Shown: piece after piece, positions 1 through 9,400 of the stretch
How positions within the stretch are numbered: the stretch's first letter is position 1
Layout: every line of letters begins with the position of its first letter
Program-made: the position numbers and the translations under genes
Notes under the pieces: model-generated
Seen by the model: the letters and a program-made list of their open reading frames with translations, nothing else
Told to the model about the DNA's origin: nothing
Databases searched by the model: none
Source of the DNA: Nemertoderma westbladi
Lineage: Eukaryota > Animalia > Xenacoelomorpha
Reading direction: 5' to 3'
NCBI GenBank assembly: GCA_032718475.1
Contig: JAUCBJ010004813.1
Location: 37,016 to 101,015 of the forward strand
Length of the DNA: 64,000 bases

Positions 1-1176
1 AGCTTTTGTGGGATAACTGATTCGTTTGCCTTGCTAACCAGTTCCCCCCAGTCGCTAGAATACTCTAAAAAGGGATCTATAACTCGAATAGCGCAAGCTA
101 CCGGCTGATTGGCTGATTCGCTGTGCGAAGGGATCTGGGCTACGTTTGATTGTCCAACCAGCTTGGGAAAGTATCTGCCAATAGAATTTGAGTTGATTTT
201 GATTTCGACCTATCACAGATCTACTGAACTGAATTTTCCTATCTGTATGCTCTTTCTCTGTGTTGGGTGGAAGCCTTTGTAAATAAGGTTATTCTTATCA
301 GTTTTCAGTGTTGTTGGTCTTTCTTTCCTGAGCCAGGAGAGAACGGCTTGTAAATATTTTGTGCTTTTCTGTTTTAGTCTAACACTAGTAGGCTTAATTA
401 TAAAGGGCATATATCCGTTATCAATCCATAACATAACAAAACAATCAATGCAAACCGCAAACTAATGAACTTAACGCACACTGAATCACTGTGCATACTT
501 TTATATTGTTATACTGCTATTTACTGTCAGTTCTTCATAATATGGTTGATGAATTATTATATTTGGAATAACGATAAATAACCCCGAAACCCAATATTCT
601 TGATATACCGAAGGTAAGAGAGAAAGGTTACATATAACGATTGTGACTTATGTTAAAGTGGTTTGAAGTGAATCTAATGTTATTTGATAGACCCTACATG
701 AGTCAGTCCGTGTTCCTTTTATATATAACTAAAATCAGTGAAGATCGGCAGATCAGTGTGCAGTATTGTGCAGCATTGTGTATGAGTGAGCCTGATAACG
801 AAGCATTTCCTAAAGAATGCGCCATATATGTGAATTATAACTAAGCCATATCGTTGTGAGTAGTTTAAGTCATAACTCTGTTTGTATAGATAAAGCGCCA
901 CGTCCTAAAGGAACTGTTAATATTCCCCGAAGGTGAATAATATTGTCAGAGATTATATAATACTGTCAGTCGAATAATACATTAGGCTTACATAGCAATA
1001 AAATTAAGCCGTCGAACCCAATCTCCCGGGTATATCCAGCGGGTGAATGATCGCGCACAGATTGGTTTCGACTAGTGTAGTGAATTAAATACTTGTCATA
1101 GACTAAAGGTGATTTATTATCTAGAAGACATCCTAATTTGGCGGGTTAAACTGCCAAAGGTCTGAAAGCGCGAACA
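1..1176 (+). repeat. 5' LTR of copy 1 (first ~6 nt outside window)
   Basis: Matches 16303-17470 apart from one substitution and one 8-nt indel (CAGATCAG) seen by eye. Ends ...GCGCGAACA. Confidence 0.96.
410..421 (+). promoter_or_regulatory. Putative self-primer / transcript 5' end (TATATCCGTTAT)
   Basis: Exact reverse complement of 1177-1188. The homologous site in copy 2 (38138-38148) covaries with its PBS. Confidence 0.75.
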
Positions 1177-1188
1177 ATAACGGATATA
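1177..1188 (+). promoter_or_regulatory. Non-tRNA primer-binding site ATAACGGATATA
   Basis: Directly follows the LTR terminal CA, lacks TGG, and is complementary to 410-421. Confidence 0.75.
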
Positions 1189-1244
1189 GCTTCTTTATTG
1201 CAGTAAGCAATAAAGTTGAAAGTACCGGTCAACCGGTAAACCTG

Positions 1245-1375
1245 AATGGTACTTCAGTAGGTCAGTAGGCCCAACCGCCAGAACCGGTACTGCCGTAGGT
1301 CAGTAGGCCCAACTGCCAGAACCGGTACTTCTGTAGGTCCGTAGGCCTAACTGTCCTAACCGGTACTCCCGTATA
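1245..1375 (+). repeat. 38-bp tandem repeat in the 5' leader (~3.5 units)
   Basis: Unit ACCGGTACTTCTGTAGGTCAGTAGGCCCAACTGCCAGA; about 2.5 units in copy 2 (~38960-39055). Confidence 0.85.
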
Positions 1376-1547
1376 AGTACACTAGTATTATTCGATTTGA
1401 TTGTTGCATACCGGTAGGCTATTTAAGGGATTAGGGATTGATCACCCCTTATTCCTTTATATGGTTTACTTATTTCTGTCAAGTTTTATTTATTTGTAGG
1501 CCAGTATTGAGCAGAAGGCGTGTAAGCCTGCTCAGATTGTACAGACA

Positions 1548-2123
1548 ATTTGTAGGCTGAGCTGTTGTCTGATTGCTGTTAAGTCCGAACGGATTGCAGT
1601 GTGTGTAGATCATCTGTCCGATAAAGAACGGTTAGGAAGTAGGGGCAGCGAATGCTGTAAGGTAAACCCCCAACTAAAGAATAAGTCGTACTACTGGGTT
1701 AGAACGCATACTACCTAATCATTTCGGAGTCTGCATGTCCTGTAGTTTATTTAGGCTTGAGAGTAGTCTGCCATCGTTTAGTCTGTACTTTGTTTGTGTA
1801 AGTCTGTACGGGTAGCGTATAATATTTATTTAGATAATTTGTAGGCTGGATAGTTGTCTGGTTGTTATTAGGTCTGAACGGATTGCAGTGTGTGTAGATC
1901 ACCTGTCCGATAAAGAACGGTTAGGAAGTAGGGGCAGCGAATGCTGTAAGGTAAACCCCCAACTAAAGAATAAGTCGTACTACTGGGTTAGAACGCATAC
2001 TACCTAATCATTTCGGAGTCTGCATGTCCTGTAGTTTATTTAGGCTTGATAGTAGTCTGTCAGTGTTTGGTCTGCATTTTGTTTGAGTAGTTTGTACGCG
2101 TAGCGTAATATTTATTATTCAGA
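1548..2123 (+). repeat. ~289-bp tandem duplication in the 5' leader
   Basis: Units start ~1548 and ~1837. The same duplication is present in copy 2 (~39229-39800). Confidence 0.9.
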
Positions 2124-3430
2124 GTTTATGTGATTATTCGCAACATTCATTCCCCAAGTTTGTTCCTACAGTAATTGTGCTTGTTATACATACCGCTATA
2201 GTTAAATTAACCCCGGTACTACACGGGCTGCTTGGCGTAGGTAAAGACTGGTGATTTTGTGCACCGGTTACTCCAGCAGATGCCGTGGTTCTTTTAGCTG
2301 TTCAAGTATATTTAACTACTGATTATCTGTTCTACAAGTACTCGTACCTAATTTAGGGTTTAGTGTACAGTGCTTTCCGAAAGTAATTAGTGTAGGCATT
2401 ATATTTGTGTTGTAAAGTGGTTGATAGGCACGTTCGATTAGCTCTATTAACTTCTAGGTAGGAACACTCCGTGATACATAACGTAGTACCTATAGCGATA
2501 CGGCTATAGGTCGTCAGGCGGTGGTATTTTCCTATCTGGACAACGCAGTGTATTTACTGCTACGTATTATTTTCAAATAACCGCAGTACCCTGTCCGTTG
2601 TAATAACCAGTTTTCTAACCCTTTGTTAGGCTGGTTTGTAGACTTCTTGTAAAATTACCCTAAAAATTCGTATTTTGTGTTTTTGTAAATTTTTGTGTTT
2701 ATTTAGAGATTGTAATCTCACCTGAATTGTACGTAATTTGTAGTATTAAGTAACTTAGGTAAATTAGAATCATTTGTTTTAGTGTACTATACGTAACACT
2801 TCACTGAAAGCGCACCGCTTTGTGTAGTGATTACTCCCCAGAAATAATAACATTTATTTCAAACATTGACAAAACCCATTAAAACGGGTATATATATGTT
2901 ATAAATCAACTCAAACGATTTATAAATAGTAGGCCTGCCATACAACCATTAGGTCTCAATATCAGTTGGATTACTGCTCAAATAACGGTAATAAAGTAAG
3001 TAAAGTAACTAAGTAACCCTAAAATTCAGAAATTCAATTATTTAAAATAATTGATATACCGGTATTTACGATAGGCCTATTATCTTTATTTCTATAAGTT
3101 TTGGCTGAAATTATACCGGTACTTGTAATTAATTCTATTCCAGAATTATAATTATATACTACAAAACTGTAAGCTGTATACCGGTATTCCGATAGGCCTA
3201 TTATATATTTATATATATTTGTGCTAAATTTATACCGGTATTCTGTGATAAACCTAGTCTGTAATAATAGTTATATATACTATAAGCATACCGGTATTCT
3301 AATATATTATATATCACGCTACACTGAGTAGCAGTACCGGTAATTAATTACTAGGCTATCAGTTAATACTGAGTTACTAGACTTGCCCAGACTGTAATAC
3401 AGCAGTAGACATTCAACTGTAAACATAAAC

Positions 3431-6400
3431 ATGTCTGATACTAAGCAGAACCTGTCGGACAGTTTATTAGATGTAACTATCTGCGACTCAGATAGAGACG
3501 TAGAACCGTCTGGTCGTAAGTTCAGTTCACCTCCCACTGTGAGGAAGGTCACCCCTCCAGTAGTAATAAGAGAACCTAGGCTGGTCCAACATCGTAGGTC
3601 TATCATAGGCACGCGAGCTCAGGTCAAGCGGAACCAAGAAGCAGCGGAACAGCAACAACCCGCGAGCCAAGAACTTACTTCTCAACGGCCCAACAGCTCC
3701 AGTAGTGAGGATACTGTAGAGCTGACACCCGAACGCGGAGCAAGGATGACGGATGAGGCTTATTCAGATCCCCTTCTCATCCTTCCTGCAGCCGTACTCA
3801 CTAGGTTATTGATCGCTGTGGAAGAACACCAGATCGATTGGGCGAGAAGCCAGCGTTCAACTAGAGATAGTTATGCTGGATACACAAGGGAAGAACTGAA
3901 GTCCATGGTCGAGTCGCAATGGAACTTCCCCGGACCCGGACTCCCGTTTGATTTATCAGAAGCTGCCTGGGAAGACATACACCGGATGGGAGTAGCCAAG
4001 GAAACCATCGATCCAGCTGTGTGGAAGAGGTCCGCAGCCGGATACGCACAGGGATTCTTCAGCTCTATAGAGCGATTAAAAGAACAACTGTTTCAACAAC
4101 CTCAAGGACCTCAAGAGCAGGGATTGCTGCTTTATCAAGTTAGAGAAAGAATTCTACGAATCAGGCTAATATTATCGTCCTTTGAGGAGGCTTCTAAACG
4201 AAGGCAAGACACGTCGTTGCAAGTTGCCATAAAGACTTGGTTTCAACGGGTGAGTCTCCAGGTTCAAGGAACAGCTCAGTGGAAAGCTCAGCTGGAGGAG
4301 CGCTCAACCCATGGAGAATCAACAGACGCTACTTTTTCCCAAGTGGAAAGTGAAGCAACGGCAGAGAAACCGCATAAGAGGGATGCCATTGACATCTATC
4401 TGTCAGACTATCAACGTTTTTTAGGTGATGACGAGTTGAGGAGAATGTTAGAGGGGCTTAGCCCTAATAGTGAAGGAACCAAGCTTGTGCTGGATGCTAT
4501 CGATGTGGAAATGAGAGCTGCGAACCAGGCTAAATTTGATGAACAACTCCGCATCACACGAGTCCAGGAGGAGCAAGTCAAGAAAAAACGTATAGAAGAC
4601 AGAAAGACAGCAGCAGTGGCAGCGGCAGAAGCAGAAAGAAAAGCGGCAGTGGCAGCGGCAGAGGCAGAGGCAGAAGCCGAAAGAAAGGCGGCAGAGGCAG
4701 AGGCAGAAGCCGAAAGAAAGGCGGCAGAGGCAGAGGCAGAAGCCGAAAGAAAAGTGGCAGCGGCAGCGGCCGAAGCAGAAAGAAAGGCGGCTGTAACAGC
4801 GGCCGAGGCAGTAGCAGAAGCAGAACGGAGAGCTTCCGAAGAAACCACCCAATTAGAATTGGAAAACATTCAGGAGAATCAAGACTGCATAAATAAACAG
4901 TTAACAGCTAGTAATATGCAGATGATGAATCGATCTACTCCCAAAAGACAGGGATATACATCATCTGAGGAAGGCGATACCACCGATACTGAAGGCAAAG
5001 GAAATAGATCTCGTCTAAGCAGACGTAAAAGAACATTCCACCGTCAGAAATTGCCTGATTTGCCTCCAGCTGTTAGAAGGCAACTAAATAACACCAACTT
5101 AGGTAGTACAGAGCCCACAGACCAAATAATTAAAATAGAAAGACTCCCTACTATAGTAGATGAGCCTGAAATAATTAGGCCTGTTCTTGAAATCACCCCT
5201 TCGGTGATAGACACACCTGTGCTCCCTGAAACTACCTCTAAATTCCCTCTGCATAGCACTAAGCTACCTGTGCCCCGTAGAACTGCCCAGGAGACAGTTC
5301 AGGTTCTGGACCCCGAGCGAAATATTCATAATTTGTCGCCCGTTGTCCCTCGTCCGCCCGCTACAACGTTGGCGACTCCCGCTTCGGCGGTCGAATGGGT
5401 GGACGAGAGACGGCGGGGGATGGATCTCCTGCTCGGGCAGATGCAGGAGACTGTCCAGCAATTCAAGGGCACAGTAAGGGAAAGTAGGCTAGAGTTGCAA
5501 GAAGTGCAACAAAGTATCGCGCTAGAACGCGATAAATTAGTAAATACTCAAAGGGGTATACCGCCACCCTCTGTAACAATGTGTCAACCTGTTAGGTCTG
5601 AAGTATCTCATGCGCAAGGTGTGGAGCCTACACGCATATATACTGCTAGCGAAGTAGAAACTCCTATAGTGAACCCTATTAAGGGTAATTATAGACCTGT
5701 TGATAATGACATTCCCTATAGAGCTGATCATAATCCGAGACATTTATATACCGATAACTCGATATTAAATAACACGATGGCCCAAGAAAGTTTTACGCGC
5801 CAAATGGCTAGAACCGAAGCCCGGCAAGCGGTAAAGGTGGGAGAGATCGTCAAGTTCAATGGAGATGAGATGAAATGGTTACCTTTTAATGAATATTACA
5901 AAGATAACATACAGAACTCTGTACTATCTAATGGAGAGAAACTTAGATTCCTCATAGAGTGCTTGGAAGGATCTCCCAAGTCAATGGCGTTAAAGTTTAT
6001 TGGACATCCAGACGGATTAAGACAAGTTTGGGACACACTAAACATCAGGTATGGTAATAGGAATAATATCGCTAAGTATTTATATGCAAAATTAGTAGCG
6101 CCCAGGAAGTTCATCAGCAGTGGGATAATAGAGTTTTCCGATGAGATTCAAGAGATCTGTAGACAATTAGATTGGTTAGGTAAGTCTCATGAATACCAAA
6201 GTTCTATGGTCATTGGAGCTGTGGCTTCTACTTTACCGAAAGGTGGGGTAGGCACACGCTGGGATAAGAAAGTACTATATATGATGGAACAACAACGACG
6301 AGACCCTACCATGGCTGATCTCATGTCATTCCTAGATGGAGAAGTGAAATTACAGCTCCTGAAACTGTCTAGGGAGAAGACACCGGAAAACAAGGTAAGT

Positions 6401-9400
6401 GAAAAACCCGTCTCTAGGAGAAAGGTAACACCAGTGTGTTATACAGACGACGGCGAAAGCCAGACTTCTCAAGGAGAAGATAGCGGGAAAGACACTGATA
6501 GATCTTATTACGTAAATAAAATGCCTAAAGATCAGGTAAGTAAATTCAAGTCTCGAACAAATGACAGGAGAGAACAGGTAAGAAAAACTCCTCCTACGTC
6601 TCCCAAGAGAATTCCGGTGAGAAAGCCCGAAGAAAAGGCAAGTGTACACAATGTGACTCAAAATAAGGTAAGTAACATCAAACCGAAATGTGCGCTGTGT
6701 GACGGGACCCACCGTTTGAATATGTGTGATGAATTCCTGAAGAAGTCATTAACGGAGAGACGCGAAGTCATGTGGGATAAGCGGTTATGTTATAATTGCC
6801 TCAGACAAGGACACCAACGGCGTACCTGTTTCTCTGACATAAGGTGTGCAAAGTGTGGTGCGAAACATCATATCTTGTTGCACGCTGAATTCGATCGAAA
6901 TAGTCCGAGTCAGGTAAGTGATTCCGAGCTACATGTCCAATTCAGTGATGTGAACGACACTGATCAATCTGAGATGGAAGGATTCTATACAGACGAGTTC
7001 TCCGACGAAAACGAATCCTGTTACATGATAAATACCGCAGTGTATCGAGCACTCACATATGAAAAGGATACAGACAGCGACTTCACTCTAACCACTTCTG
7101 AACGACAACCATCTTGGAAAGAGCCATCTTCCAATGTAGGGATCCGAGAGTTTCCTGTGGTGCAAGTAAGGGTTCACGGACCTAAGAGGAGTTATGTAGT
7201 GAACGCCCTCCTTGACTCCGGTAGTACAGGAACATTCATCGACAAAGAGCTAGCCGAAGATATATTTGCTGGACAACCCAAGTTCCAAACCAAGCTCAAC
7301 ATGTCCGGCATTATGCAAGTTTGGAAATCTACAATAACAGCTGATTATTATGTAGGCGCGTTGTCCACCCCACAAGACGAACTAGGAGAACATAGCATAA
7401 GGTCAGTGAAAATGGTAGCTATAAAGAACTTCGCTACTACTCAAGCAGACCTTTATAATTGGGACGAGGATGAGAGCATCCAACATCTTAACATACCTCG
7501 ATTCCAGACTGATTATCCTGGAGTGCAAATACTCATCGGCCAAAACGCGCATGAGGCGCTGGAGACATTAGAGAAACGGCCTGCTCAACCGCAGCCACTA
7601 CAGACCTATGCGGTAAGAACTAGAGTAGGTTGGTACTTTACTGGCCCTTCCCGTAGAACACTCAGAGAAAGACTACCTCAAGAGAACGTCTGCCAGGTGA
7701 GTGAATGGGAAGAGAGTACTAGTGAGGGAGACGATTCAACTGAGGGAATTCCATACTCCTCAGATAACGACGACGTTCACCAGCTTTTTGATGAGGAGAA
7801 TACCATCGACCTCCTTAAGGAAAACGAGGCTTGGCAAAACCAAGTGAACTTATGTCAACTTCTTTATCCATCTGAACAAGAAGCTTATAACGACGAGTTA
7901 AATGACGTCATTGAGCGTCATAATGCCAAGACTCGAGACGAACATGCCGTACGATTCTTTACGCAAGAGGCGGTAGAGCCCAATTCCTACGATAAAGCCT
8001 TGTCGGTGGAAGAGGAAAGGGCCAAGCAGATCCAAGAGACAACTACACGTTTCCTCAAAGATCAAGGTAGGTATGAAGTCGGTTTACCTTTCCGCAAGAA
8101 AGAACCGAAGTTCATCAATAACAGACCCTTGGCGGAAAAAAGAATCGCGCAACTCCATCGACGCCTTACGGCTAATTCTTCAGCTAAAGCAATGTATCAA
8201 ACACAGCTGGAAAAATTTATTAGTAAGGGATACGCGGAGAGAGTACCGGAAGAAACACCTGTGACTGAAAGAACGTATTACTTAACTCACCATTACGTTC
8301 CTAAACCCGGTAAGCCACATGAAGTGAGAGTAGTGTTTGATGGCTCCGCTCTTTACATGGGTCAATCCCTTAACTCTGAATTGTTACCCGGACCCAACTT
8401 GCTTCAATCTTTGTTGGGAATTCTTTTAAGATTGAGACAATATTCGATTGCTTTCGCCTCCGATATAGAAGGCATGTTCTTACAAGTCAAGGTGTTAGAT
8501 AGGGATCGAGATAGTCTACGATTTCTGTGGTGGCCCGAAGGAGACCTCAACCAGAAACCGGTGGAGTACTGGATGACCATCCAGGCCTTTGGGATAATCT
8601 CAAGCCCTTCCAACGCCTGTTCGGTAGTGCGTACCACCGCAGAGGACAACCGAGAGGCCTTCTCTAAGGAAGTGATCGACAACATCAAGAGAGACATATA
8701 CATGGACGACAATCTGAAGTCCCTTCCATCAGTTGAGGAAGCCATTGAGGTCGCTAAAGGAACGGTAGAGTGCTTAAAAAGAGGTGGGTTTCGATTAACC
8801 AAATTCACCAGCAACTCCCGTGAGTTTCTGGAGTCGATCCCTGCGGAAGATCGAGGAGCGAAAGATCTCGATTTGATCAAAGATGATCTGCCAGAAACCA
8901 AGACACTCGGCTTGAAATGGGACACAGAGCGAGATATCCTGTTTTTCCAGCTAAAACAGCGAGATAATCCAGTTCGAACCAAACGGATTTGCTTAAGTAT
9001 ACTGAGCACTTATTTCGATCCATTGGGATTTATTAGCCCAGTTATATTGATTGCTCGTAGTTTGGTACAACAAATGTGGCTTGAAAACCACTCATGGGAC
9101 GATCCACTTAAGGGAGAATTATTGAAGAAGTGGATGGAATGGGAAGATTCTCTGCCGGCTATCGAGGATTTTATAATTTCCCGTTCATATTTTGGTCATG
9201 TTCTCCCTACGTATTCCTATCAACTCCATGTGTTTGGAGACGCCAGCGATATGGGAATAGGTATAGTAGCCTACCTAAGAGTGGAAACTCCGGATGGAAT
9301 CAAAGTCGCCTTGGTTACTTCTAAGGCATTAATCAACAACAAGTTGAAAGTTCCTCGAGCGGAGTTAAAAGCGGCTCTATACGCTACAGCCATCGGCCGG

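Noticed and set aside
802-822. Shared GCATTTCCTAAAG hairpin between family A LTRs and the HINE terminus (27700-27720)
   Set aside because: Only 13 nt of identity with no flanking homology; chance cannot be excluded.
8404-9009. Antisense ORFs over RT (201 aa; 210 aa at 45870-46502) and other short overlapping ORFs in gag-pol, LTRs and the TRIM repeat
   Set aside because: Shadow frames of conserved coding or repetitive sequence; starts and stops differ between copies and no motifs are recognisable.
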